From the IMG/VR virus record IMGVR_UViG_3300001687_000020: a stretch of 45,879 nucleotides of DNA. One strand, written 5' to 3'. This stretch comes from a virus (lineage: Duplodnaviria; Heunggongvirae; Uroviricota; Caudoviricetes). The translations under genes were made by a program, and so were the position numbers. The notes under the pieces were generated by a model. It made no database searches and was not told where the DNA came from. It saw only the letters and a program-made list of their open reading frames with translations. Positions 27,001 through 35,284 of the stretch are shown piece by piece (within the stretch, counting starts at the first letter, position 1; every line of letters begins with the position of its first letter).

Positions 27001-28157
27001 TTTCCCCCATAACCATCAGATGAGGCCCCACCAGAACCTAAGCATAAAGCGACTTGATTTGACCCATAAGATCTCCCACCAATATTAGTTCCTGCTCCCC
27101 CTCCATCTCCACCTGATCCTCCATGTCCTGCTCCACCCCCACCTTCACTTCCATCTCCGCCTTGACCTGCTCCGGGTCCATTTCCATCAGTATATGTATA
27201 TGCTCCAGCACCTGTAAACCCTTGATTATTTGCGGATAACATTGCTGTAGCAGGAATAGTTAAGTTTCTACAAAATATAACTACTCCTTTTCCATAAGTT
27301 GTGGAGGTATCACTTTGACAAGTTACCGTAACACCTGCGTTAATCGTAATATCTCTATATCTATAAACTCCAGAAGTTAAATTGGTATTTACGGCATACG
27401 TTTGGTCTAAGGCAGGATATGATATATCTTCATTATAAATTATAGAAAACTCAATTCCTTCATTTCCATCCCCAAAAGTTTCTATAATGGTGGGTTCTTC
27501 TAACTCAACTAATCCAGGGCGTGAAGAAAGATCAATTGAAGTTGCTGAATTATCTAAATCTAGTTGGTCTCTTGTGGTTACGGCAACCAAATCAAGAGCA
27601 TTAGTCATATCAACATATATCTGATCAATAGCAAGATTTATGTCAATTATTTCTTGCCAAATTGGACAATAAACTCTTCTATTAGTGGGAGTTCCTGGAT
27701 CGTAATCATATAACCCAGTAATATTCCCTGCGTTAACAGTTATTGCTTTTAAGAATACATATGCAGTTCCTGGATATAAAGCATGCTCAGCAGGAGTCAA
27801 TATTCGTATTCTTGCTGAGTGAGCTGGTTTAGTTTTTACATAAGTATAATCAATACATAGATAATATGTACCATTGGCTCCAAAAGTTGACCCAGAACGA
27901 TAATAATCTCTATCCCTTATATCAACGGTTTTACTAGCAGTACACTCAATAATTAAATCGTCTTTAAAAATTCTTCCTGGACTAATTAAAATATCAGTAT
28001 AGGAAGTTGCATCATTTAATGTAACTGCGTAATCATCTGGAGTCAAAATACAATTTAGACCCTCAGTCATCATTTCAGTCAGACGAGAGGCAATATTTGA
28101 GTTAAAAGCCTCAAAAGGATCTATTGTTCTGGTCTGTGAAAAATAAACGTTAGCCAT
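24006..28157 (-). CDS. Tail fibre / receptor-binding protein
   Basis: 1383 aa; two Gly-rich GGGAGHGG..YG..GSGG..GGGAI domains, central propeller-like repeats, C-terminal GYARLDNGLMIAWG (gp53-like) domain. Confidence 0.85.
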   Translation of the reverse strand: MANVYFSQTRTIDPFEAFNSNIASRLTEMMTEGLNCILTPDDYAVTLNDATSYTDILISPGRIFKDDLIIECTASKTVDIRDRDYYRSGSTFGANGTYYLCIDYTYVKTKPAHSARIRILTPAEHALYPGTAYVFLKAITVNAGNITGLYDYDPGTPTNRRVYCPIWQEIIDINLAIDQIYVDMTNALDLVAVTTRDQLDLDNSATSIDLSSRPGLVELEEPTIIETFGDGNEGIEFSIIYNEDISYPALDQTYAVNTNLTSGVYRYRDITINAGVTVTCQSDTSTTYGKGVVIFCRNLTIPATAMLSANNQGFTGAGAYTYTDGNGPGAGQGGDGSEGGGGAGHGGSGGDGGGAGTNIGGRSYGSNQVALCLGSGGASSDGYGGNGGGAIYIYASGTINVDGTLVASGQAGQTKGGTDEAGGGGSGGSIELVCSVLTGSGSIAADGGDGGDHGTGGQGGGGGGGGRLYIYTDSYGFTSVPTVSGGDGGTGVLGQNGEDGEDGDFKVEKVACYSSANVVISSTFYAIKTGIKARKLSDGTFDVIDVTWDDIKNCMESNIPATNNINTVIDDTSLDQQAFIAFSFDGGTPNACPSITEKIEGTWSETTPVATSNSYGNDVAVKDGYIHYVYTNLGSGELRYFYRKDGVNSDIEIIADFAGYPTGYVMSPRIRIDNAGFVHVVYAEVSYSAPTYTYSKIWYATNKRGLWENTTVQTITKTSSTHRAWYVDLAIDIDNIPHITYLDNAANVKYATHTINLETWSTTTVVAGGYPVWSSHCPSIAVDHYKKVHIIWLPTNGTIYHATNFTGAWVVNNLVWITDATYYIPTPGNDDIYFPIVCDKEGFCHTVFSIEDVGVSQRVVYCTNRSITANATFPTLLEWEKTYITSPVTGPPEHYALTKDAEDNIYFCYVDNFNYILKYYTNKTGSWVLENAYSPGTFLFELYRFGMDIGNLLSLGDTQSGLYKIENISYDLNIDDIPGTNGDEVTILNSYEDVPDYISETLPAGQIYICNSMIDCGFSGGSGLGANGVTVVYCNNYIINTGQTVDLTAAGWDYNDGWGLGHYGAGGGHGGAGGPSGVPGSLAGPTYGLNTCPIYPGSGGQRYTGSGTRGEGGGALIIIASNEVKINGTLNSNGYPGFSYCLGGGSGGSIYIKCRKFSGSGVINAYGGAGYSSANPYGSGGGGGGRIAIEYCLTSWTGTYNVNGGALGTGVTANGFAGAAGTWSYVITNGCSPTLASKKNVIIENDSTKIRLMNDRALTIPTGGSVRLRNYEGIWQEIGRNCGVSQLYVDTGYARLDNGLMIAWGEQGIPVDFAELWSYTLYYPVTFNKVLSISAWSRYCGGNMNSNNVHPADIYNDRCKFFTGEGWPAPAQSLRINYMIIGY

Positions 28158-28172
28158 TTATTTTTTTCCTCC

Positions 28173-29063
28173 TTAGGAACCAAGGACTTCTGTAAGTCGT
28201 TTTCCACCTATTTGTTTTATATCCTTAAATTTGGGCAATTCTCTACATTGAAAACCAGATGCGCCCTTATGTCCTCCTCCCCCATAGTTTAGAGCAATTT
28301 TAGATACATCTATTTCAGGGTTTAGAGAACTTAAACTTATTGTCCAAAGTTTTCCATCATGTTTTGTAGTTACTAAAATATCATATTTATCTAATTTAAA
28401 CTTACTTTTTAAAGCATCATAGAGGACTGAGCATCTTGAAGTCGAAGCAACTAAACATCTATATCCTTCCCATTGACATTCAAATCCCACTGAAGCAAAG
28501 TTAAACAATTCATTTTGTCTTCTATATCTTATAATAATTTTACCTTCATCCACTAAATACCCCACTTTAGGATCGTCTGGATATAAAAGTTTATGCCAAA
28601 GTAACATTGCTTTAGGATACTGAGGGTCTATATTGTATGAGGATAAAGCTGCTTCAACATATATGGTTTCAGGATAATCAAAGGTAAAAGTATCATAATC
28701 ACTAACTAATTTGACTATTTTAGGAATTTCAGAATTTTTACCATTAACATATTTCCAGGTCAACATAGCACCAGAGCAACTATCATCTCTAATCCCACCT
28801 GCTTGATTTCCTATGGGACTATCAAGATGAGAAATATGATGATCTATCCAATATATATTATTAGTGATCTCAAAAGCCTTTTCCCATTCTCCCTCTTTTT
28901 CAAAGGAAAAATCAACAATCCATAACTCTTCATTTTTCTTTAATTCACTAAAAGGAATTTCTAAATTATAGTTAATAGGAAACATTCGACATTTTGGAAA
29001 TTTATTTTTAACTATTGCTCCAGAACAAAAACCATCTAAATCGGTATGATATAAACATAGCAT
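28173..29063 (-). CDS. DHH/DHHA1 phosphoesterase
   Basis: YHTDLDG, IVDFS, WIDHH and GGGHKGASGF motifs. Confidence 0.92.
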   Translation of the reverse strand: MLCLYHTDLDGFCSGAIVKNKFPKCRMFPINYNLEIPFSELKKNEELWIVDFSFEKEGEWEKAFEITNNIYWIDHHISHLDSPIGNQAGGIRDDSCSGAMLTWKYVNGKNSEIPKIVKLVSDYDTFTFDYPETIYVEAALSSYNIDPQYPKAMLLWHKLLYPDDPKVGYLVDEGKIIIRYRRQNELFNFASVGFECQWEGYRCLVASTSRCSVLYDALKSKFKLDKYDILVTTKHDGKLWTISLSSLNPEIDVSKIALNYGGGGHKGASGFQCRELPKFKDIKQIGGKRLTEVLGS

Positions 29064-29103
29064 TCGTTATTCCTCCTTCTTTTTTTTTCGTTAGATTCGA
29101 TAA

Positions 29104-29334
29104 TTATTGTTTTTTCAGACTATTCATTAGTTCTTTAAATCGAGTATTCACTAAGGGTCTGGATTGTTCGTCGACTAATGTCACTTTTCCATCTAATATT
29201 AAAACCATAGTTTGGTATTTATCAGCTTCTCGAAGAAAGGAAATAAGTTGAATCTTGGCGGGATTGGATAATTCATTAGACTCATTTATTGCTTTAACAG
29301 CAAAAAGTTTTAGTATTTTAGTTTTATTATCCAT
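29104..29334 (-). CDS. Small stand-alone EATD-like domain protein
   Basis: Start ATG 29334 after GGGGGGA; LISFLREADKYQTMVLILDGKV aligns to KKFIMSEATDFEVIHLLFEGKL of 529-1617. Confidence 0.75.
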   Translation of the reverse strand: MDNKTKILKLFAVKAINESNELSNPAKIQLISFLREADKYQTMVLILDGKVTLVDEQSRPLVNTRFKELMNSLKKQ

Positions 29335-29374
29335 AGAATTCCCCCCACACAAAAAAGAATGTTAGTTGTAATTC

Positions 29375-29387
29375 TAAATATTTGTTC
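29375..29387 (-). promoter_or_regulatory. Putative late promoter GAACA-AATATT-TA heading the minus-strand block
   Basis: Plus strand taaatatttgttc in the divergent intergenic region. Confidence 0.75.
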
Positions 29388-29437
29388 AAATGTAAAATGG
29401 ATTTTCCACCAGATACAAATTACTTTTTATACCATTT

Positions 29438-29456
29438 AACTTATATATATAAATTA
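29438..29456 (+). promoter_or_regulatory. Putative early promoter motif AACTTATATATATAAATTA
   Basis: Near-identical motif at the other divergence point (44046-44062); both precede plus-strand blocks. Confidence 0.5.
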
Positions 29457-29546
29457 CTGGAATATTGTATAGTGGTTTGTCATACTTTTATTTAGATTTT
29501 TATTTTTATTTCTTTTTGGTACAAAAAAATAATATGGAGGAAAGAA

Positions 29547-29951
29547 ATGCCAAGATCATATAGGATTAGTCTTGAAAATGATAGAAACTTTAATGTAATA
29601 GGTATATTTCTTCCTTATGACGAAGTGGATGATATTTCTAGAACCAATGTATATTTGAAATTGATATCACTACATAAACCCTCTATAAATTTTCCTCGAT
29701 ATGAAACTTTTATGTCAGAAAAAGATAAATTTTTCTCATGTGCTTTAGGAATGAAAGGGAATCCGATTACAGGATCAGCTCAAATTATTTTTCTACTCGC
29801 AGAGCAAGGAATAGTTATAGGAGCTAGAGACATATCATTTACATTTTTTGATATGGAAAAAAGTAATTTAGAGGAGTATGTTACTGAGTTTCTTTATTCT
29901 ATAGGGGTTTCTGAAAGATTAATAAGGAGTGATTTTGGAGATAGATTATGA
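29547..29951 (+). CDS. YxxYL paralogue family member
   Basis: 134 aa; NVYLKLISLHK..NFPRYETF; ends FLYSIGV; RBS GGAGG. Confidence 0.75.
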   Translation: MPRSYRISLENDRNFNVIGIFLPYDEVDDISRTNVYLKLISLHKPSINFPRYETFMSEKDKFFSCALGMKGNPITGSAQIIFLLAEQGIVIGARDISFTFFDMEKSNLEEYVTEFLYSIGVSERLIRSDFGDRL

Positions 29952-30253
29952 TTAGATTAGCTAAAGAAGATCTTCTAAACCAAGGATTTTCTAAAATTTC
30001 TTATCCATATTTTCCCTATCATGAAGCATTTGAAGATCTTTACTGTAAACATATAGGATTAAGAAAAGATAATTGTTTCTTTAGTTTAAGTGGTCTTTGT
30101 TGGTATTTGGAAAATTTAAAAGGTGGTTGGGCAGAAACCACATATTACGAGATTTCTTTTCAACAAGATGGAGTATACATAAAAGCAAAACCAGTGGATA
30201 GAAAAGGATTTCATGATGAGAGTTTCAAAGTTTATTCCGGAGGAAATTCTTAG
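29948..30253 (+). CDS. YxxYL paralogue family member
   Basis: 101 aa; EDLYCKHIGLRK..FFSL; YYEISFQQDGVY shared with next ORF; ATGA overlap. Confidence 0.75.
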   Translation: MIRLAKEDLLNQGFSKISYPYFPYHEAFEDLYCKHIGLRKDNCFFSLSGLCWYLENLKGGWAETTYYEISFQQDGVYIKAKPVDRKGFHDESFKVYSGGNS

Positions 30254-30491
30254 GAGAGATTACAAAGTATTGGAAGAAAATGAGTTTATGAATAACATTG
30301 AACTCATTAAAGAAATATATATTGATTTTTTAGTTAATTTCAAAAACAATCTTTCTTATCAAAGTATGGAGAGATTATTATTGCATTATAATGGTTGGAG
30401 AATGGGTTGCATAGAAACTCGACATTATTCTATTATCTTTAGAGAAGATGGAATATTTCTGGAGGAGAAACAAGTTGACGGAAGATTTTAG
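30213..30491 (+). CDS. YxxYL paralogue family member
   Basis: 92 aa; KEIYIDFLVNFK..SYQSM; HYSIIFREDGIF. Confidence 0.75.
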   Translation: MMRVSKFIPEEILRRDYKVLEENEFMNNIELIKEIYIDFLVNFKNNLSYQSMERLLLHYNGWRMGCIETRHYSIIFREDGIFLEEKQVDGRF

Positions 30492-30810
30492 AAAATTTAT
30501 ACCTCATATCGATAGTTATACTAAATATGAATTTAAAGAATTTCTTAAGTTCGAAGATATTGTTAATGAAGTATATTTGACTCATTTAACTTTAATCAAA
30601 ACTAGGTTGGACTTTTCAAGTATTAAACAATATTTATATCTAGTTGGAAGTACTTTCACACTATGGAGACTAAGAACTCCTAATTATATGATAGAATTTT
30701 GTAATAAATATGTTTATATCAAAATGAATGAATTAGCTAGATTAAGTCTTATAACTCCGATTGAATATAAGTGTCTAGATTTAGAAGAGGGGTCTGAACT
30801 TTATGTTTGA
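30448..30810 (+). CDS. YxxYL paralogue family member
   Basis: EVYLTHLTLIK..DFSSI; start possibly TTG 30475 after GGAGG. Confidence 0.75.
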   Translation: MEYFWRRNKLTEDFRKFIPHIDSYTKYEFKEFLKFEDIVNEVYLTHLTLIKTRLDFSSIKQYLYLVGSTFTLWRLRTPNYMIEFCNKYVYIKMNELARLSLITPIEYKCLDLEEGSELYV

Positions 30811-31051
30811 TACTATAATCTTAGTTGACTATGATCAAATGCCTCAATATTATAAGATGTTTATATATACTTGTTATTTATCAGCAAAGAAATGTCGAGA
30901 GAGTTTTTTCAGTTTAAATCGCCTTTTTACTTCTTTTCGTGGAGATATAACATTTAGCAAGAGATGTGCATGTAGAATTTCTTTTAGAAGGAAATTCTTA
31001 TGTATTAGATATAAAATGAAACTTTACGAGGATTTAAATAATGGTTCTTAA
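30803..31051 (+). CDS. YxxYL paralogue family member
   Basis: 82 aa; YDQMPQYYKMFIYTCYLSAKK. Confidence 0.75.
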   Translation: MFDTIILVDYDQMPQYYKMFIYTCYLSAKKCRESFFSLNRLFTSFRGDITFSKRCACRISFRRKFLCIRYKMKLYEDLNNGS

Positions 31052-31319
31052 GATAACGAATAGTGATATAAATGAGAGTATAGAAATAGGGCTTTACATG
31101 GTAATTTTATCTAGTGGAAAAACTTCAATGAATTTTTGTACATTAAAAGATAATTTATCATTTAGACAGGGTTCTCATAAATCAATGTATGTTTTTGAAC
31201 TTTCTTGCGCAGGAACAGCTATTTGTTTTGGTGAAGGGAGTATAGAAATTCAATTTCCATATAATATCCATATTTCAGATATGTGTTCATTCTTAAAAAG
31301 GATTTTTTCATGTCAATAG
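31041..31319 (+). CDS. YxxYL paralogue family member (divergent)
   Basis: 92 aa; GLYMVILSSGK..NFCTL. Confidence 0.65.
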   Translation: MVLKITNSDINESIEIGLYMVILSSGKTSMNFCTLKDNLSFRQGSHKSMYVFELSCAGTAICFGEGSIEIQFPYNIHISDMCSFLKRIFSCQ

Positions 31320-31332
31320 AGGAAAATAAATT

Positions 31333-31821
31333 ATGGACCATGTATACTATGAGAGGTTTTTTTATGATGACTTAACAAAATCTCAGAAGGAAATATTCTA
31401 TTCTTTATATTTAATATACAACAAAGGGAAATTGGTATACCATAGTTTAGACACTGTTTATAAAGGTGGGGGAGTTTTTCACACTACTCCTCCTACTTTA
31501 CTATTCTCGAAAGATAACTTTATTATTCGATATGATCTATATCGAGAATTGAAAGATTTATTTCGGTGGGTCTCTGGTTATCCTAGAAGAAGACTTTATT
31601 ATTCATGTTGTAATCAAGAGCAAAAAGATATTATGTATTCAATATATCTTATATCAGAGAAACATTATCTGGAATTTTCAAATATTTATAAACTTTTCAA
31701 AACTAATTCAACTGTTTTAGAAATATTAGATTTCTATTTTGTTTTTAACAGAGACTATGTTTCTTTAAGTCCTTTTTCATACGAATGGGTTAGGGAAATG
31801 ATAGATTATAAGGATACGTAA
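31333..31821 (+). CDS. YxxYL paralogue, two tandem domains
   Basis: 162 aa; QKEIFYSLYLIYNK and QKDIMYSIYLISEK. Confidence 0.8.
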   Translation: MDHVYYERFFYDDLTKSQKEIFYSLYLIYNKGKLVYHSLDTVYKGGGVFHTTPPTLLFSKDNFIIRYDLYRELKDLFRWVSGYPRRRLYYSCCNQEQKDIMYSIYLISEKHYLEFSNIYKLFKTNSTVLEILDFYFVFNRDYVSLSPFSYEWVREMIDYKDT

Positions 31822-31822
31822 A

Positions 31823-32116
31823 ATGGAAGGAGATTTAGTACAAATTTATTATTCAAAAATGAGTTCTGAGCAAATAAGACTTATACATACCTTTTGGTTG
31901 GCTCATTTTAAACATAATGCAAGATTTTTAGTAAGTAATACTGCTGTTTATAATCCCTGGAAAATGCCTCTTATAGATGATATTAGATTTCACCATGAGT
32001 TTGTATTGATCGGTTCCTATACTTGGGAATATATCAAGTTATGTTTTATTAGCATGAAATTAGACTATATGAATTTAGAGTTTAGAGATTTGGATAAATA
32101 TTATATAAGGAGTTAA
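31823..32116 (+). CDS. YxxYL paralogue family member
   Basis: 97 aa; YSKMSSEQIRLIHTFWLAHFK. Confidence 0.75.
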   Translation: MEGDLVQIYYSKMSSEQIRLIHTFWLAHFKHNARFLVSNTAVYNPWKMPLIDDIRFHHEFVLIGSYTWEYIKLCFISMKLDYMNLEFRDLDKYYIRS

Positions 32117-32119
32117 TAA

Positions 32120-32383
32120 ATGGTGGAAGATTATATAGCATTAAAATATGAGCATATGAATGAAAGACAGAAAACTCTTTTATATATATGTTTAATAGCC
32201 TTTACTAAGCAAAGGAATTTTCCAGAGTTTTTAAGAACAGTTGATCGTCCAGACAAATGTTATTTTAATAAATTCATGTTCTATCGCTATATGTATGTCA
32301 CAGTAACTAAAGAACTATGGAATTATATAAGACATTTATACTGGGCAATGGATGACTTAACACATATATATACCAAACAGTAG
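32120..32383 (+). CDS. YxxYL paralogue family member
   Basis: 87 aa; YEHMNERQKTLLYICLIAFTK. Confidence 0.75.
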   Translation: MVEDYIALKYEHMNERQKTLLYICLIAFTKQRNFPEFLRTVDRPDKCYFNKFMFYRYMYVTVTKELWNYIRHLYWAMDDLTHIYTKQ

Positions 32384-32397
32384 AGAAAAAACAATAT

Positions 32398-32589
32398 ATG
32401 AAAAACTATTACTATGAAATATATCATTTAAATGTACCACTGACTGAAAAATATATTATTTACTCTATGTATTTAGGTATTAAAAAATCAGTGGATGATT
32501 TCTTAACTTTTTCTGAGTTTTTAACTGTAACAATAGGAATTAGAATTTTCAATAATTGTTTTTACTATATTGATTATAAAGGAAGTTAA
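32398..32589 (+). CDS. YxxYL paralogue family member
   Basis: 63 aa; EKYIIYSMYLGIKK..DFLTFSEF. Confidence 0.7.
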   Translation: MKNYYYEIYHLNVPLTEKYIIYSMYLGIKKSVDDFLTFSEFLTVTIGIRIFNNCFYYIDYKGS

Positions 32590-32591
32590 AT

Positions 32592-32930
32592 ATGCTAATT
32601 AGGACATCTATAGTTACTAAGTTTAATAGTAACCTTCTAAATATTATTTATACTATACTCATGTCTGATTTAAAAGGAATTCCAACCTTTCCTAGTATTA
32701 TAAATTCTTTTTCTATATATGAAAGGCTATCAGAACCAAACCAATTATTTTCTCTTACATTTCATACTCTCAGCACTAAAAAATTAGCTATGCATTTTGA
32801 TATTCACACGTACTCAGATTTGAAGGGATCATATAAAAAAGAGGATTTTTGTAAGCAGCTTTTAACTTTTGGTTTTTCTAAAGGCAATATAAATGAGTGG
32901 GATAAAGATATATCATATTTTTGGAGATAG
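32592..32930 (+). CDS. YxxYL paralogue family member
   Basis: 112 aa; LNIIYTILMSDLK; QLLTFGF near the C-terminus. Confidence 0.7.
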   Translation: MLIRTSIVTKFNSNLLNIIYTILMSDLKGIPTFPSIINSFSIYERLSEPNQLFSLTFHTLSTKKLAMHFDIHTYSDLKGSYKKEDFCKQLLTFGFSKGNINEWDKDISYFWR

Positions 32931-33156
32931 AATGTTTATAAGAAGGTACTATAATCAAATGAGTAAAGAAGAAAAACATAGTTTATATTGTTATTATATA
33001 TCTAATGCCAAAAATACTGTTAGAATTCTTGGTTATGTAAAGTTCTATGAAAGTCATCCTGGATATATAAGAGACGGAATACTATATCTCAAAGGTGTTA
33101 GTCCTGGATCAATTTTAAATTCTAAATGGAGACATATAGTAAATGGAAATGAATGA
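32893..33156 (+). CDS. YxxYL paralogue family member
   Basis: YNQMSKEEKHSLYCYYISNAK. Confidence 0.75.
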   Translation: MSGIKIYHIFGDRMFIRRYYNQMSKEEKHSLYCYYISNAKNTVRILGYVKFYESHPGYIRDGILYLKGVSPGSILNSKWRHIVNGNE

Positions 33157-33352
33157 AGTAATGATGGAAGAAAGTTATATTACATATTTATCACTTATTA
33201 AATCAACTAATTTTCTGAGTTTAGAAACTTTTACATCAACTACAACACCTGCTTACGTTTCAATACTTTTAAACCCGGGTCTTAATAAAGATAGTTATAG
33301 ATATTTATTAAATACAATTAAGAATAGTATTCGAGGGAACAATGTTTTATAA
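33143..33352 (+). CDS. YxxYL paralogue family member
   Basis: 69 aa; SYITYLSLIKSTNFLSLETF. Confidence 0.7.
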   Translation: MEMNEVMMEESYITYLSLIKSTNFLSLETFTSTTTPAYVSILLNPGLNKDSYRYLLNTIKNSIRGNNVL

Positions 33353-33578
33353 GCAAATTGTTTGGGAAAATATTGGTAAAAGATTTAAATTGCTTGTATA
33401 TAGATGTTATTTATCTCAAGCTAAATATCATGCTTATTTCAGTGGCTATGATCACTTTTTTGCGTCTGCTGTTATTTTTGGATTTTTATTCGATTATAAA
33501 AATTTTAGTTTCACTGTAGGCTCAAAAGGGATTGGTATATATCATAGAGAGTTGCTAGAACAGATTCATAGATATTAA
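33342..33578 (+). CDS. YxxYL paralogue family member
   Basis: 78 aa; FKLLVYRCYLSQAK..FSGYDHF. Confidence 0.75.
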   Translation: MFYKQIVWENIGKRFKLLVYRCYLSQAKYHAYFSGYDHFFASAVIFGFLFDYKNFSFTVGSKGIGIYHRELLEQIHRY

Positions 33579-33588
33579 AGGGAAAGTA

Positions 33589-33864
33589 ATGACTGAATAT
33601 AACGTTAAATTTATAAGATACGGAGAAATACCTGAGATACTTGAATTATACTTTTTCAAACTATTTATATCTAAGGCTAAAATATTTCCTAAATTCCCTA
33701 GTAAAGAAAGATTTTTAGCAGAAATGGAAGGGCGTGGATGTGTTTTATCTTTAGATGAGTATTATTTTCATTTTAGGCATAATGGAATAGCCGTATTAGA
33801 AAATTACGATATTGATGACGAATACGTAGACTTTGTGTTTACTTCTATTATGGATGAAGATTAA
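33589..33864 (+). CDS. YxxYL paralogue family member
   Basis: 91 aa; LYFFKLFISKAK..FPSKERF. Confidence 0.75.
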   Translation: MTEYNVKFIRYGEIPEILELYFFKLFISKAKIFPKFPSKERFLAEMEGRGCVLSLDEYYFHFRHNGIAVLENYDIDDEYVDFVFTSIMDED

Positions 33865-33875
33865 GGAGATTTTGA

Positions 33876-34241
33876 ATGATGCCTGCAATATCAGCAAAGT
33901 TTAGTATTGATAGCGGAGAAATGATGGAAATAGTTTATAGACTATATTTATCTTATATCAAAAATGAAGGAAATTTTGGTTCTATTAATATAGTCCTCTC
34001 GTTAGAATATAACCATTTTATGATGAAAACACCTTTTCCTCTTAGTATAGCTACCACAGAACTAGGAGGAAAAAGAGTTTTGTATATCGCTTTTAGTAAT
34101 CTTGATTTTATTTATTCCCGGTCTCAGATGGAAGGTTTCTTTTATCAACAATTAGAATACTTAGGAATTCCTGGGTATGTAATTCTCGAAACTATGGATA
34201 AAGAAAGGAAAATTATATACAATGTTAGAACTCACTATTGA
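33876..34241 (+). CDS. YxxYL paralogue family member
   Basis: 121 aa; MEIVYRLYLSYIK; QLEYLGIP. Confidence 0.75.
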   Translation: MMPAISAKFSIDSGEMMEIVYRLYLSYIKNEGNFGSINIVLSLEYNHFMMKTPFPLSIATTELGGKRVLYIAFSNLDFIYSRSQMEGFFYQQLEYLGIPGYVILETMDKERKIIYNVRTHY

Positions 34242-34545
34242 TCCAAGAGAAATAGATGAAAAAATATATAATATTTTGTATAGCCTACATTTATATGGCC
34301 ATAAAGATAGTGCCTTTTTTTCATCTAAGCAAAAACTTTTTAGTTTTGGTGGTCTGACAAGATGCATAGCTGTAATAGAAACCAACCATTTTATGGCGTA
34401 CATAGAAAAATTAGGTCATACTAGAAAAATATCACTAAAAATGTATTCACTTTCAGGTATAGATCCAACATTTAAAGACAATTCTTTATTTCTAAAAGAA
34501 TTAGGATTCCCTAACTATATTGTAGATCAGGCTGAGGAGATCTAA
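34222..34545 (+). CDS. YxxYL paralogue family member
   Basis: 107 aa; NILYSLHLYGHK; FLKELGFP. Confidence 0.75.
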   Translation: MLELTIDPREIDEKIYNILYSLHLYGHKDSAFFSSKQKLFSFGGLTRCIAVIETNHFMAYIEKLGHTRKISLKMYSLSGIDPTFKDNSLFLKELGFPNYIVDQAEEI

Positions 34546-34548
34546 ATA

Positions 34549-34923
34549 ATGTTATATAGTGAAATTAATATGATATATGTTGATGAAACTATTAAAAATC
34601 TTATCTATTCTTTATATTTATGTTGCAGGAAAAATTTAGAACATTATGCAAGAATAGAAAAAATATTTATGCCTTCAAAAAATACGCAAACTATTTGTAT
34701 ACTAAATATTCCTACGTCTGAAGTTAGAGATTTTGGAAGTCTCTATATAGTGAGATCATCCCAAGCGAGTTTTATACATTTCTACTATTTTTGTAGAGAA
34801 TCTATTGGATTTCCAACTGAAGAGGAAGTTAAACTATTTAAAAAAACATTGATTAATCTTGGTTTTGAGGAATGTTTAAAAAATGGAACTTTAATACATG
34901 GGAGACCACAAAATGGTCTATAA
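34549..34923 (+). CDS. YxxYL paralogue family member
   Basis: 124 aa; KNLIYSLYLCCRK; TLINLGF. Confidence 0.75.
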   Translation: MLYSEINMIYVDETIKNLIYSLYLCCRKNLEHYARIEKIFMPSKNTQTICILNIPTSEVRDFGSLYIVRSSQASFIHFYYFCRESIGFPTEEEVKLFKKTLINLGFEECLKNGTLIHGRPQNGL

Positions 34924-35284
34924 AAGTTTAGACAATTCGATAAGTGGAATACAATTTAAATCTAACGAAGTCGATATGATAAAAGTATATAATTTATTCC
35001 TATCAGCGTCTAAGAATACTTTGGGTTTTCCTGGCTTATCTAATATAGACTCAAAGCAATTTGCAGTAGTTCTTCTTCCGCCTACTGTTTTATTATTAGG
35101 AAAACAAATTGCTTTACTTATGAAGGAAGATATGATTTTTATAGGAATAGTAGTAGTTTTACCACTAGAAACAAATCTTCATGAGTTAGTAAGGAAAGAA
35201 TTAGAAAATTTGAATGTTTTAGATATATTAGGACTTTCAACATTGGAGGATTGTAACATTGTTATTCAACAAAATTCCCACTAG
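34898..35284 (+). CDS. YxxYL paralogue family member
   Basis: IKVYNLFLSASK; ELENLNV. Confidence 0.75.
   Translation: MGDHKMVYKSLDNSISGIQFKSNEVDMIKVYNLFLSASKNTLGFPGLSNIDSKQFAVVLLPPTVLLLGKQIALLMKEDMIFIGIVVVLPLETNLHELVRKELENLNVLDILGLSTLEDCNIVIQQNSH

Noticed and set aside
15339-28157. Diversity-generating retroelement or shufflon acting on tail fibres
   Set aside because: No reverse transcriptase or recombinase in the window, no near-identical TR/VR pair with adenine-specific mismatches seen, and no IR-flanked partial C-terminal cassettes.
24006-28157. Collagen-like repeats
   Set aside because: Gly runs are GGxGG clusters, not Gly-X-Y triplets.
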